DNA of 64,000 nt from the NCBI GenBank assembly GCA_050015075.1, contig JBEKCB010000011.1, positions 32,001 through 96,000 of the forward strand, in the 5' to 3' direction. Position 1 is the first letter of the stretch, and every line of letters begins with the position of its first letter. Made by a program: the position numbers and the translations under genes. This DNA is from Candidatus Brocadiia bacterium. GTDB lineage: Bacteria > Planctomycetota > Brocadiia > CAIUPP01. Below, in pieces: positions 45,980 through 56,725 of the stretch. Under the pieces are notes generated by a model. That model was given only the letters and a program-made list of their open reading frames with translations. It made no database searches and had not been told where the DNA came from.

Positions 45980-48544
45980 TTAAAGTTTTGCCGTAACGCC
46001 CGTCACGCCGAACAGAGTCACGGCTGCATCCGTTGTCCCCTCCGCAGCCAGCCACACCGCCTTGATCGCAGTATCTTTCCGCGGATTTATCCATTCGTAG
46101 CCATAGACGGTGATGTCGCGCCCATCGTCCGTCTTCTCCTGCGCAAACGGATCGGCAAGATACGTGGCGATATAACCCGCGTGGCGATACATAGTGTGCG
46201 TCATCGGCTGCGCATGCCGCCGATTGATCGCCGCAAGGGTGACGCCGTATTCAATCGGCACCTTTATTTTCCGGCCGCCCTCAAATTCGACAATATAGAC
46301 GCCGAGCGGCATGCGGTCCGACCTGGTAAGTTCTGCATTGGCGCCGGCCGAGTGCAGGAAAATGAGACTATCGAATTTCCGCCCAACCGCGATCCGCACT
46401 TCGGAAGGATGCCTGCGGTCGCGCACCGCCGGGCCTTCCACCGTGACGCCGCTTCCGAGTCTGAACGGCACACCGTGGAATGCTCCCCGTCGCGGCGCAC
46501 GCGCGGCGCCGACCTTCAGCGTCGTGAACGTTCGCCGCGCCGCCTGTGAGGGGAACAATTCGCCGTGCAAGCGCGAGCGTATACGCGGCAACATGGCCGA
46601 GATGATGTCGTCATAGGTGAACCGCAGATTTGCGCTATAGGCAGCGGACCACATCATGTTCGCTGAATAGATGAAATCATATAGCTTGCCCAGGCGCGCG
46701 AAAGTGGATTCGTCCGCGTGCGCCCAAGTCGAGACCTCCGCGCCGATGATTCCTTTCTTGGAGCGCCGCGTCTCATAGCGCGGATAGTGGCTCGAATACA
46801 TATTTCCCATGATCACCTTGAAGCCGCGCTCGAGCAGGGGGTCTTCGATGTCCTTGTCCACGTGAAAATACCAGATGAAATCGAGCAGGACGATATCCTT
46901 CGGGATGAGATCAATGGCCGGCGGAGTTAGATACGTGGTCACGGGCTGGAGCATGTCGCTCCAGATCATCATGCCGAGTGCCTTCTTCTTCAGATGAGCA
47001 TATACTTTGTTCACGTGCAATGCGAAGAGTTCCGCCGGGGCGCGGTTCCGGCAGCGCTCGCAGACGCCGATCTGGTAGACCTCGTCATGTCCCATGTGCA
47101 CGTAGCGCGCGGGTTTCACCACGTCCACAATCTCGTCAATGAGGTCGAATATGATTTCATAACTCTTGTCATGCAACGCACAGTAGCAATGCGGGTAAAA
47201 CTCGTCAGGTTTCTTGTCTGCCTTCTCGATCTCAACGTCGCCGGCCGAGGCGAGTATGGGTTCCTTCTCGGCAATCTCCGGATAGGTCATGGTTAGGTAC
47301 TGGACGTGGCTCAGCGACTGGACCTCCGGGATCACCTCAAGGCCATAGGACTTGGCATAAGCAACCAGGTCGCGCACCTCGTCCTTGGTGAGACAACCGT
47401 CGCTGGTCACCATGTCGCCGTGCGGCACGGGCGGCCACTCACCGAGCGCCGCCTTGCGGTTGGCGCGCAGCCACGCTTCGTTGATCTCGGGGCGCCGGTC
47501 GAACCGCATGCCCGCGGCGAACTCAAGGAAGATCGTGTTCATGCGCATGGGGGCCAGCACGTGGCGGATCAGGCGCTTGACGAACGGGATATCCCGTCGC
47601 CGCGGCAGACAAATATGCACGCCGCGTATTTCCGACGCCGGGTAATCGTCAATCGCACAGGCGGGCACATCAGGCACGCCGCCGGACGCCCGTAAGAGCG
47701 CGAGGAGCGTCTCTGCGCCATAGACCAGCCCGCGGCGGTCGGCCGCAAAAAGCCGGACGGTCTTTCCGTCCGCGCGAAGCACATAGCCTTCGGGTTTGAC
47801 GCCGGATGATCTTCCGCCGAGCGCCTTTATCTCGCCCGCTTTGCCGAGGATGACCATCCCTGCTGTATTTGTTATCTCGGTCTCTTTAGCGATCGGAATC
47901 TGCGCGCCGAAGTCCTCGGCGATCTTCTCGGCGAGCAAATGCGCGGCAAACATCGTATCCTCCGACGCGTTTTCGCCGGTGACTATTCCTGCAATCTTTA
48001 GCGCCGGCAGATTGCCGCGGCGGGATGTGAATTCGATCTTCGCCGGGATGGGATAGATGACCGGCGCGTCAAGCTCGCGGCCGAAAATGGCCATGTGCTT
48101 GAACACGATGTTCCGGAAGCAGGCGGTGAAGCGCATGACCAGCACGCGCGCCGTCACGCCAAGCGGGACGACGACGGCCTCATCGGCGATCATGCCGCTA
48201 ACACCCGGTTCGAGACGTCCCGCCGTACGGAACGTTTTGCCGTCGGAAGAAACGAGCGCCTCGACGCCCGCGAACGCGGAAGGTGATGCCGTGTCCTGCC
48301 TGATGACGACGCGGTCAATAAAGCAGGTGGTCTTCAGGTCTATCAGCACGTCGAGGCCGACATCGTAGAGCGAGCCGCCTTTCCAACCTACAGGTCCGGC
48401 GCGGAAAAGGCCGCCCTTTGCGAATGGGATGATGCCGCGGACGCCGCCGCGATCGGGCAGAAGATCGGGAAAGAAGAACTTGTTCGTTCCGCGATGGTAG
48501 TAGGTATACGTTCCCGGCAGGCGCGCGAGATCGCCGATAATCAT
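45980..48544 (-). CDS. Glycoside hydrolase family 20-like (hexosaminidase-type) protein
   Basis: EGYVL..D..G..YG.ETL GH20b domain, IDDYP...RG, VIPEVQSLSH, HMGHDEV, WSDML. Confidence 0.82.
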   Translation of the reverse strand: MIIGDLARLPGTYTYYHRGTNKFFFPDLLPDRGGVRGIIPFAKGGLFRAGPVGWKGGSLYDVGLDVLIDLKTTCFIDRVVIRQDTASPSAFAGVEALVSSDGKTFRTAGRLEPGVSGMIADEAVVVPLGVTARVLVMRFTACFRNIVFKHMAIFGRELDAPVIYPIPAKIEFTSRRGNLPALKIAGIVTGENASEDTMFAAHLLAEKIAEDFGAQIPIAKETEITNTAGMVILGKAGEIKALGGRSSGVKPEGYVLRADGKTVRLFAADRRGLVYGAETLLALLRASGGVPDVPACAIDDYPASEIRGVHICLPRRRDIPFVKRLIRHVLAPMRMNTIFLEFAAGMRFDRRPEINEAWLRANRKAALGEWPPVPHGDMVTSDGCLTKDEVRDLVAYAKSYGLEVIPEVQSLSHVQYLTMTYPEIAEKEPILASAGDVEIEKADKKPDEFYPHCYCALHDKSYEIIFDLIDEIVDVVKPARYVHMGHDEVYQIGVCERCRNRAPAELFALHVNKVYAHLKKKALGMMIWSDMLQPVTTYLTPPAIDLIPKDIVLLDFIWYFHVDKDIEDPLLERGFKVIMGNMYSSHYPRYETRRSKKGIIGAEVSTWAHADESTFARLGKLYDFIYSANMMWSAAYSANLRFTYDDIISAMLPRIRSRLHGELFPSQAARRTFTTLKVGAARAPRRGAFHGVPFRLGSGVTVEGPAVRDRRHPSEVRIAVGRKFDSLIFLHSAGANAELTRSDRMPLGVYIVEFEGGRKIKVPIEYGVTLAAINRRHAQPMTHTMYRHAGYIATYLADPFAQEKTDDGRDITVYGYEWINPRKDTAIKAVWLAAEGTTDAAVTLFGVTGVTAKL

Positions 48545-48601
48545 TCGATCCTCTTAGCAGGGTTATCACCCGGAGATGAAAACCAGCGTGTTTGCGCAAG
48601 G

Positions 48602-48692
<91 letters not shown>

Positions 48693-48786
48693 TCGCGTCA
48701 GCCGGATTCGGGCAAAGGGAAGAAATTCCCGAAGCCAAATAATAACGGTGCGGCGCGTGAAAGGCAAATGCGGAAATGCCGCGCGC

Positions 48787-51700
48787 CTACTTGAGCGGCG
48801 TGTAGAGCGGGTCGCCGATGACGATCGTCTGGCCGCAGAGGTACGGAATGCACATGTAAGCCGTCTCCGCCCAAGTGGAGTCGGCTTTCATGGAGTGGAA
48901 GAGGTTCGCCACCACGGGCACGCCATCGGGGCCGGGATCCGCCACGTTGCCGATGGCGGCGCAGGCGCCCGCGCCCAGCGCAGCGGCGACCCACGACGCC
49001 TTTCGGTCGCGCAGCGACGAGGCGCTCACGCGGTCCAGGTTGACCGCCAGCGCGCCCTTCACCCAGGAGAAGACCTCCGGCTTGTATTCGCCCACACCCG
49101 CGCCGAGGAAGAAGAACGTGTTGACGGCCTGGTCCGGCCGGAAGAACGGCGGCGAATCCTTCACCGGCGGGACCACGCGGCCGATCAGCCGGTCCAGCTT
49201 GGCGAGCGCGCGATAGTTGACCCGGATGGCCGAATTGATGCTTGCCGAGTTCTCGTCCTCGAACGGCAAATCGGAGAACCGGGCGAACCCGCGCGCGCCG
49301 AACGAGTGGTCCTTCTCGACGGCCATCGCGTCGCGGACCAGCGAGAGTTCGCGGCCCGGCGCCAGCGCGTCCTCCTGGACCGACGGCCCATCTAGCCTCG
49401 TGACGAGATACATCCCGAAGAGCGTGGAGTTGAACGGCTCGTCGCGGTTGAGGTAGGGATTTTCGAACTGACCGCTGAGCGTGCGCGGCTGGGCGAGGAG
49501 CGTCAGTTCGGAGTCCACCGCCGTCCCCGGCCGCGCGACGCCGCCCCGGACGGCGCCGGGCGCAATCCGCAGCGGCACGCCCGTTGTCGTCACGATGAAC
49601 GAAATGGCTCGCGAGATCTTCTTCACGGCGAGATAGGTTCGGATCGGCGCCTGGACGTCCTCCTCGAACGCGGCCCGGGCCATGGTTTCATCCGCGGTGC
49701 ACCGGATGTGGCAGACGTTCTCCGGCGGCAGCTTGCGCAGCGCGGCGTATTTTTCGCCGATCTTCTGCGAGACGTCCGAGTTGTCGTTGACGACGAGCAG
49801 CACGCCTTCCGGCCCGCGCGACGATGCCGCGGCCTCGGCAGACGGCTGCGGCTCGGCGGGGTCGGACAGGATTTTGCCGACGCCGACGGGCGTCGCCGCC
49901 CAGATGTCCGGCCCGTCCACGAAGACCTGGCCCACGTTGTTGTCGGGCAGCGACGAATGGACCTTGTCGAGGTGCCGGCGAGTCATGCCGTCGCGGTCGA
50001 GGGCGTACACGCCCCAGTCGGTGCCGAAGTACTCCCGCGCCGCGCCCAGGGCCAGCGAGGAGATTCTTTCATCCTCGAGTAACGGCCGCCAGTTCCCGGC
50101 CTGGTCCACGACGAAGGCGCCGTGCGCGGTGCCGCCCCAGATCCGTTCTCCGTCGGAGGCGAGCGCCGTGACGCCGTTGTTCGGCAGAGGCGACTGGCCC
50201 ACCGCGAAAGTCCGCCACGTGGCGTTGGAGAGGTCGAGCACGCTCAGCCCCTGATCGGTTCCGACCCAGGCCTCGTTTCCGCGGACGGCGATCGCCCGGA
50301 CGGGCGCGGCGCACAGGCCGCCGGCGGCCGGGTGCCAGCTCCGACCCTGGCCGAGACGGTCGTAGAGGAACAGGCCGGTCGCCGTGCCGAACCACACCCC
50401 GTCGGGCGAGTCGGCGATCGCCAGGACATCCTGTCCGTTGAGCGTGGCGAATGGGCCGATGTCCAGCGGCGCCACTCCGGTGACGTCCCAGCTTCGGAAG
50501 ACATCGTCCATGATCGGCACGCCGCGCTCGATCACGCCGGAGCCGAGCGAGCCGAACCAGACGGTCGGCCCGTGGAGCGCGAAGTGGTCCACGGCGGAGA
50601 CCCAGCCGAGCCGGTCGGTGCGATAGGTGGAGGCGGCGAAACCCGCGATCCGGTTCCAGGTAAGCCAACCGGTCCGCGCGGGCCGCAGATCGGCCTCGAA
50701 GGGCGAATACGCCGCCAGCCCGCCGCGCGTCAGGAGGGAGCCGAGTTGCGCCTGGACGGTGCCGACCAGGATCCGGTCGCCGATCAGTTTCACCGCGGTC
50801 GCGCGGCCGGGCGTCGCCGTCGGCAGCACGAGCCATGAGCGCCCGCCGTCGCGCGTGAAATTCAGAAAGGCCGTCGTCGAGGGCGGATCATTGGGCGTGG
50901 CCTGCGCGCAGACCAGGTTCGGCTCGATGCACGCGAGCTGCGTGACGCGCGAGGACCAAAGCGATTCCGCCGCGAAGCGCGCCCAGGTCTGCCCGGCGTC
51001 GCGGCTGCGGAAGAGCCCGCTGTCCGAGCCGACCCAGAGGTCATCGCCGGCGGTCATGATCTCATGGACCGGCAATCCGTGGTGCCCCTGGATGCGGAGC
51101 GTGCGCCATTTCTCCTGTTCCGGGTTGCCGAGGATCACGGAGAACCCGCGCGCGGGATCCTGCGGATCGCTCACCGCCGCGCACAGGTTGTCGCCGGCGA
51201 GGCAGAGGTGGTGCCACTCCTTCGTCACCTGGAACGAGCGCCACTCGCTCGCGCGGGGCCGCAGCAGGCTGAGTCCGCGGTTCGTCGCGGCCCAGACGTT
51301 TCCTTTGTCCAGCAACAGGTCATGAATGGTGAGCCCGTGAAGGCCGTTCTGGCGGGAATAGCACCGCCAGTCCTCGCCGCCCTCGATCGCCTGGCAGACG
51401 CCGCCGTCGGTGCCGGCCCAGAGCTGGTCGCCTTCGGCGGCCAGCGTCAGTATGACATTGCTCGGCAGCCCGTCGGCTACGCTCAGCGTGCGCCAGGTCT
51501 TGCCGCCGTCGCGCGAACTGGCCAGGCCGCCGGTCGTGCCGACCCACCAGGTCTCGACGTCGGAATCCTTCGTCACCGCGATCGAAAGGACGTTCGAGCG
51601 GACGCTGAATGTCTTAAAGTCGCCGCCGCGCGTCCGGCAGATCAATCCGCCGCCGGTCGCCATCCAAAGCTGTCGCCCGTCGCGGGCCAGGAGGCGGACC

Positions 51701-52710
51701 GGGCACGAGATGTTTCCCTCGTGGCGCCAGGTTGCGCCGTGGTCGGCGCTGAGGAAAAGCCCCTCGCTCGTGGCGATCCAGAGGCCGCTCTCCGAGGCCG
51801 CCAGGTCGAAAGTTTCGTCGGCGCCCAGGCCTGAGCCGACGCTGACGGTCGTCCACGTATCGCCGCCGTCGGTGCTCTGCGCCAGGCCGTGACTCGTGGC
51901 GGCCCAGAGCCGCTTGCCTTCGAGGATGATGCCGTGCACGCGGGCCGAGACGGCATGTCCCACCGCCGAAGCGGTCCCGGTCTTCAGCACCACCCAGGTC
52001 TTTCCGCCGTCGGCGCTTCGGAGGACGTCGGGCGCGCCGCCGTATTGAACGGCCGCGTCGAAGCCGCCCAGCCAGCACGCGCGCCCGGACGGGCCTTCGC
52101 CCAGGGTAATGGAGCTGATGTTCGGCGGGAACACGCCCTTGAGCCGGTCCCATTGGTCGCCCTGGTTGCTCGACTTGTAAAGGCCGGACGACGAACTGAC
52201 CCAGACCTCGCCAAGATATTCGGCGACAGCCCGGATTTCGGAACCGGGGCCGCCGGAGTCCCAGCCGCAGAGATCCCATTGGGTCAAGTCCTCGCTGGCG
52301 AAGCACAGCCCGTTGAGCGTGCCAACCCAGATGCCGCCGCGGCCCGGGATGATGCACGTCACGGTGTTGCGGAGGATGGCTTGTTCGCCGGCCGGCGCGG
52401 GAGCGGCGGCGGTGTCCGGCGCGCGCCGGCGGCCGCTCAGTCGCGGCTGGGCCTCCGCGAGTTCCACGCGCGTCCAGCTCTTGCCGCCGTCGTCGGTCCA
52501 CGCGAGACCGCGGTCCGTTCCGGCCCAGATGCGGCCCCGGGAATCGCGGGCCACGGCGGTGATCACGTTCGAGAGGAAGTCATCGCGGCCGAGCTGAGGG
52601 AAGTGGTCCCACTCTCCGTTTGCCGCCATTGCGAGCCTCGCCGGCGCCAGCGCGAGCGCGGAGGTGAGCAGAAACGCTGCAGTTGTCATTCGCGCCCAGT
52701 GCGCCTTCAT
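48787..52710 (-). CDS. Exported beta-propeller (BNR / ligand-binding sensor repeats) protein with C-terminal TIGR03790-like domain
   Basis: Signal peptide; many S.DGG.TW Asp-boxes and W.GT..GL / GLP.N repeats; C-terminal VLLVVN..S, GVPLRI, VDSEL, LVTRLDG, GDPLY.P. Confidence 0.75.
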   Translation of the reverse strand: MKAHWARMTTAAFLLTSALALAPARLAMAANGEWDHFPQLGRDDFLSNVITAVARDSRGRIWAGTDRGLAWTDDGGKSWTRVELAEAQPRLSGRRRAPDTAAAPAPAGEQAILRNTVTCIIPGRGGIWVGTLNGLCFASEDLTQWDLCGWDSGGPGSEIRAVAEYLGEVWVSSSSGLYKSSNQGDQWDRLKGVFPPNISSITLGEGPSGRACWLGGFDAAVQYGGAPDVLRSADGGKTWVVLKTGTASAVGHAVSARVHGIILEGKRLWAATSHGLAQSTDGGDTWTTVSVGSGLGADETFDLAASESGLWIATSEGLFLSADHGATWRHEGNISCPVRLLARDGRQLWMATGGGLICRTRGGDFKTFSVRSNVLSIAVTKDSDVETWWVGTTGGLASSRDGGKTWRTLSVADGLPSNVILTLAAEGDQLWAGTDGGVCQAIEGGEDWRCYSRQNGLHGLTIHDLLLDKGNVWAATNRGLSLLRPRASEWRSFQVTKEWHHLCLAGDNLCAAVSDPQDPARGFSVILGNPEQEKWRTLRIQGHHGLPVHEIMTAGDDLWVGSDSGLFRSRDAGQTWARFAAESLWSSRVTQLACIEPNLVCAQATPNDPPSTTAFLNFTRDGGRSWLVLPTATPGRATAVKLIGDRILVGTVQAQLGSLLTRGGLAAYSPFEADLRPARTGWLTWNRIAGFAASTYRTDRLGWVSAVDHFALHGPTVWFGSLGSGVIERGVPIMDDVFRSWDVTGVAPLDIGPFATLNGQDVLAIADSPDGVWFGTATGLFLYDRLGQGRSWHPAAGGLCAAPVRAIAVRGNEAWVGTDQGLSVLDLSNATWRTFAVGQSPLPNNGVTALASDGERIWGGTAHGAFVVDQAGNWRPLLEDERISSLALGAAREYFGTDWGVYALDRDGMTRRHLDKVHSSLPDNNVGQVFVDGPDIWAATPVGVGKILSDPAEPQPSAEAAASSRGPEGVLLVVNDNSDVSQKIGEKYAALRKLPPENVCHIRCTADETMARAAFEEDVQAPIRTYLAVKKISRAISFIVTTTGVPLRIAPGAVRGGVARPGTAVDSELTLLAQPRTLSGQFENPYLNRDEPFNSTLFGMYLVTRLDGPSVQEDALAPGRELSLVRDAMAVEKDHSFGARGFARFSDLPFEDENSASINSAIRVNYRALAKLDRLIGRVVPPVKDSPPFFRPDQAVNTFFFLGAGVGEYKPEVFSWVKGALAVNLDRVSASSLRDRKASWVAAALGAGACAAIGNVADPGPDGVPVVANLFHSMKADSTWAETAYMCIPYLCGQTIVIGDPLYTPLK

Positions 52711-52802
52711 CGCCTTCTCTTTCGCGTTTTGAAAGTTCCGACGGATATTGCAACACGTTTCGGGCGGGAGTTCAAGGGAATTGTGCCGGCGTTTGTATGA
52801 CT

Positions 52803-54380
52803 TCAGCTTCGCGGCGGCGCGAACCGCGAGACCAGCGCTTCGGCCGCGGTCAGCCCATCCACCGCGGAACTCATGATGCCGCTCGAATATCCGGAGCCCT
52901 CTCCGGCCGGATACACTCCGTCGGCGGAAACCGACACGCGCCGCGCGGGATCGCGCACGATGCGGACCGGGCACGAGGCCCGCGCTTCAACGCCCACCAG
53001 GACCGCGGCCTCGCCCGCGAAACCCGGAATCCGGCGCTCGAACCCGGGCAGGGCGGCGGCGATCGCCGAGCGCACGGCCGCCGGCAGCACGCGCTCCAGC
53101 GCCGCAGGCCGGACGCCGAGCGGATAGGTCGTGCTCCGCCCCAGGGCACGGACTCGACCGGCAAGGAAATCCTTCGCCCCTTGCGCCGGCGCCGAGTAGT
53201 CCCCGCCGCCGGCGTGGAACGCCTCGCGCTCCCAGCGGCGCTGATACTCAAGGCCCGAGAGCGGTTCCGCGCCGAAGGCCTTCGGCTGAACCGTGGCGAC
53301 CAGCGCGGCGTTCGTGAATTCGCCGTCGCGCGCATGCGCGCTCATCCCGTTGGTGCAGACGGCGCCGGCCTCGGAACAGGCCGCGACCAGCACGCCGCCG
53401 GGACAGACGCAGAACGCCGCGACGGATTCCGCCGCCAGGACGTAGTCCGCCGCGCCGAGGCGCGGATGGCCGGCGTGCCGGCCGTAGATCGCGCGGTCAA
53501 TCACCTCGCGCGGATGCTCGATGCGCAGCCCCATCTGGAACGGCTTCGGTTCGAGGGCCAGGCCGGACTGCCGCAGCGCCTCAAACGTGTCGCGCGCGCT
53601 GCCGCCGATGGCCAGGACGAGGCCGTTGGACTCGATGGTCCCGCGGACCGTCTTCACGCCGCGCAGGACGCCGCCCGCGACGGCCAGTTCGGTTACGCGC
53701 TCGCGCCAGCGGATTTCGCCGCCGAGGCGCTCCAGTTCTCCGCAGAGGTTCGTCACAACGCCATGCAACCGGTCAGTCCCGATGTGCGGCCGCGCCTCGA
53801 TGAGCAGTTCCTCAGACGCGCCGGCGGCGACGAACGTCTCCAGCACCGATCGCACGCGCGGATCGCGGATGCGCGAGTAGAGCTTGCCGTCGGAATATGT
53901 CCCAGCGCCGCCGGCGCCGAAGAGCAGGTTGGAGTCCGCGTCGAGTTCGCGCGAGGAAAGGAACCGGCCCACGTCGCGGCTGCGTTCGGCGATGGGGCCG
54001 CCGCGCTCCAGCAGCAGCGGGCGATAACCCATTTTCGCGAGCTGCAGCGCTGCGAAAAGGCCCGCCGGGCCGCAGCCGACGACCACGATCCGCCCGTGGA
54101 CTTCCTCGGTCCCGGGATTCAGGCTGACGGCGGCCGCCGGCTCGATGGCGGCGGCTTTGCCTTTCGCGATCGCCTCGGCTTCGGCGGCGGGATCGGAGAG
54201 CGCGATATCCACGGTATGCACGAAGCGCACCTGCTTGCCCCGCGCGTCAATCGCCCGGCGGACGACTTGGATGTGGCGGATCATCACGACGGGCAGGTCG
54301 AGCCGCTCGGCCGCCTTGCGGGCCAGGAGCGAGCCGGGCTCGTTCACGTCGAGGGTCAGATTCTGCAGTCGTATGGGCAT
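52803..54380 (-). CDS. Uncharacterised FAD-dependent dehydrogenase
   Basis: RRAIDAR, GCGPAG, ERG, FGAGGAGTYSDGKL, PHIGTD, GLRIEHP, FCVCPGG, YPAGEGSGY..GIMSSA.DG. Confidence 0.9.
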   Translation of the reverse strand: MPIRLQNLTLDVNEPGSLLARKAAERLDLPVVMIRHIQVVRRAIDARGKQVRFVHTVDIALSDPAAEAEAIAKGKAAAIEPAAAVSLNPGTEEVHGRIVVVGCGPAGLFAALQLAKMGYRPLLLERGGPIAERSRDVGRFLSSRELDADSNLLFGAGGAGTYSDGKLYSRIRDPRVRSVLETFVAAGASEELLIEARPHIGTDRLHGVVTNLCGELERLGGEIRWRERVTELAVAGGVLRGVKTVRGTIESNGLVLAIGGSARDTFEALRQSGLALEPKPFQMGLRIEHPREVIDRAIYGRHAGHPRLGAADYVLAAESVAAFCVCPGGVLVAACSEAGAVCTNGMSAHARDGEFTNAALVATVQPKAFGAEPLSGLEYQRRWEREAFHAGGGDYSAPAQGAKDFLAGRVRALGRSTTYPLGVRPAALERVLPAAVRSAIAAALPGFERRIPGFAGEAAVLVGVEARASCPVRIVRDPARRVSVSADGVYPAGEGSGYSSGIMSSAVDGLTAAEALVSRFAPPRS

Positions 54381-54450
54381 GGCGGGATTATGGAGAAATG
54401 ACGAATGACTGGTGGCATGTCATGGAAACGTCACAGGTGAGGCGCGTGGA

Positions 54451-55152
54451 TTACTGCGTCACCACGCCTCGTCTGTTGGAGATCCTTCTTATCAAGTTTT
54501 CCTCGCACCATGGCCGAAGGCCTTTGCTTCTAAATGTGCCGTTGTACGAAGTCGAGTTGCCGGACTTTACCACGAATTCCCCAATAACGCTTTGAGGAAA
54601 CATTGGGTCGAGATTCAGTTCAAATTCACGACATATCGTGCCTTCAACTACGACATACCACGTTTGGCTGTAGACCGGATGGTTCTCCTCATGTCCTACA
54701 GCGTCTGCAATCCCTTGAGCGAACGCATTGAGCGACGCTGGATCTGTGATGCATAGAAGTTTCTGGTTGCCGTAACTATCGAATACGTCAATCTGATGGA
54801 TGTTTTCGGTCTGCATCCGACTCAGGGCTTGGAGGAGACGCATTTCGCTTCGCATGCTGGGTAAATCACGCGCGAGTGTCTCTACTGTCGTTATGAGGGC
54901 AAGAAAACCGAAAAAGCAGGCCATGCCTATCCAGACTTGTCGGTCGTGCCTTGCCTTGACTTGCCATGCCAGCCCGATAGCGAAACCGGGAAGAGTTGCG
55001 AGTCCGCAACCGAGCGAAAAATTCAGAAACGAGGAATAGTGCGGGCTGATGTAGAGGCTGATCGCACCACCAAGCAAGTCGCAGACGGCTATTGCGACCA
55101 AAATGCGCCAGACGGATTTGAGACCACTGAACGTGACTAGTCCGTGTCCCAT
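54451..55152 (-). CDS. Hypothetical membrane protein, atypical lower-GC codon usage
   Basis: Three predicted TM helices then a soluble domain; no recognised motif. Confidence 0.6.
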   Translation of the reverse strand: MGHGLVTFSGLKSVWRILVAIAVCDLLGGAISLYISPHYSSFLNFSLGCGLATLPGFAIGLAWQVKARHDRQVWIGMACFFGFLALITTVETLARDLPSMRSEMRLLQALSRMQTENIHQIDVFDSYGNQKLLCITDPASLNAFAQGIADAVGHEENHPVYSQTWYVVVEGTICREFELNLDPMFPQSVIGEFVVKSGNSTSYNGTFRSKGLRPWCEENLIRRISNRRGVVTQ

Positions 55153-55187
55153 TCTTCCCGCCAGCAACAAATGGGAGACTTGACGAC

Positions 55188-55342
55188 GTCATACTGAGCG
55201 CAGCCCTTCGGCCGTGAGCCCTTCGACGGGTCAAGGCCATGAGCAGACTCGCATTGCTCAGGGCAAAACGGCGAAGCCTCTCACGCCGCAAAACTTTGCT
55301 CGCGCGCTGCGCATGAGATTCCGCGACAAGCTGGGAATGACC
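55188..55342. repeat. Composite nested REP-like cluster
   Basis: Outer gtcatactgagcgcagc..gaagcctctca / tgagattccgcgacaagctgggaatgac with two nested cccttcg..tca(g/a)ggc units. Confidence 0.7.
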
Positions 55343-55372
55343 AAGCACGCGCCATGTTTTCATCGTCCGTTG

Positions 55373-56725
55373 CTATTCGACCGCAGGCAGGTGCTTCAAC
55401 GCCTCGGCGATGGCCTCTTCCGGGTGCTCGTAATCCTCCAGCGTGCGGCCCAGGTACGCGTCATACGCCGACAGGTCGAAATGGCCGTGGCCGCTCAGGT
55501 TGAAGACGATGCACTTGGACTGGTTGCGCTGCTTGCAGAGGAGCGCCTCGTCAATCGCCGCGCGGACGGCGTGGGCCGTCTCGGGCGCGACGACGATGCC
55601 CTCGGTCTTCGCGAACGTCAGCGCCGCCTCGAAGACCGGGTTCTGCGGATACGCCACCGCCTCGATGATGCCCAGGTTCTTCAGGTGGCTGATGATGGGC
55701 GCCATGCCGTGATAGCGCAGCCCGCCGGCGTGGATGCCCGACGGCATGAAGGTGTGCCCGAGCGTGTACATCTTGATCAGCGGCGTCAGGCCGGCGGTAT
55801 CGCCGAAGTCGTATCGGAAGGGGCCTTTGGTCAGCGACGGGCACGCGCTCGGCTCGACGGCAACGAACCGCAGGTCCGGCCGGCTGGTGAGCTTCTGGGG
55901 AATGAACGGCAGCATGAGCCCGGCGAAATTGCTCCCGCCGCCGGCGCAGCCGATGACGACGTCCGCCTTGTCGCCGACTTTCTGCAACTGCTGGAGCGTC
56001 TCGAGGCCGATGACGGTCTGGTGCAGCATCACGTGATTGAGCACGCTGCCGAGCGTGTACTTCGTGTCCGGATGCGTCGCGGCGTCCTCGACCGCTTCGC
56101 TGATGGCGATGCCGAGCGAGCCGGCGCAATGGGGATCCGCGGCGAGCACCTTGCGGCCGGCCTCGGTGTCGCGGCTGGGGCTGGCCACCACGTCGGCGCC
56201 CCACAGGCGCATCAGCGACTTGCGATAGGGCTTCTGGTCGAAGCTCACGCGCACCATGTACACCTTGCACTTGAGCCCGAACTGCGTGCACGCGAAAGCC
56301 AGCGCGCTGCCCCACTGGCCCGCGCCGGTCTCCGTGGCGAGCCGCTGGACGCCTTCCATCTTGTTATAGTACGCCTGCGCGACCGCAGTGTTCGGCTTGT
56401 GGCTGCCCGCCGGGCTGACGGACTCGTTCTTGTAGTAGATCCTCGCGGGCGTGCCGAGTTTCTTCTCGAGGTTGAGCGCGCGGACGAGCGGCGTCGGCCG
56501 CCAGAGCGAAAGCACCTCCTGCACCGGCTGCGGGATTTCGATCCAGCGCTCCGTGCTGACTTCCTGGCCGATTAGCGCCATCGGGAAGATCGGCGCCAGG
56601 TCCTGCGGCCCGACCGGCTTCTTCGTGCCCGGATGCAGCACCGGCGCCAGCGGCTTCGGGAGGTCCGCCTGCACATTGTACCACGCCTTCGGCATTTCGT
56701 TTTCGGAGAGGAGTATTTTCCGCAC
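55373..56725 (-). CDS. trpB2: TrpB-like (TrpB2) PLP-dependent enzyme
   Basis: [59 protein letters not shown]; GTG start with RBS. Confidence 0.93.
   Translation of the reverse strand: MRKILLSENEMPKAWYNVQADLPKPLAPVLHPGTKKPVGPQDLAPIFPMALIGQEVSTERWIEIPQPVQEVLSLWRPTPLVRALNLEKKLGTPARIYYKNESVSPAGSHKPNTAVAQAYYNKMEGVQRLATETGAGQWGSALAFACTQFGLKCKVYMVRVSFDQKPYRKSLMRLWGADVVASPSRDTEAGRKVLAADPHCAGSLGIAISEAVEDAATHPDTKYTLGSVLNHVMLHQTVIGLETLQQLQKVGDKADVVIGCAGGGSNFAGLMLPFIPQKLTSRPDLRFVAVEPSACPSLTKGPFRYDFGDTAGLTPLIKMYTLGHTFMPSGIHAGGLRYHGMAPIISHLKNLGIIEAVAYPQNPVFEAALTFAKTEGIVVAPETAHAVRAAIDEALLCKQRNQSKCIVFNLSGHGHFDLSAYDAYLGRTLEDYEHPEEAIAEALKHLPAVE

Noticed and set aside
46854-46869. Second parS-like sequence TTGTCCACGTGAAAAT
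   Set aside because: Four mismatches to the palindrome and inside a coding region; probably chance.
52711-52974. N-terminal extension of the propeller protein
   Set aside because: It overlaps the upstream FAD gene; the signal peptide begins at ATG 52710.
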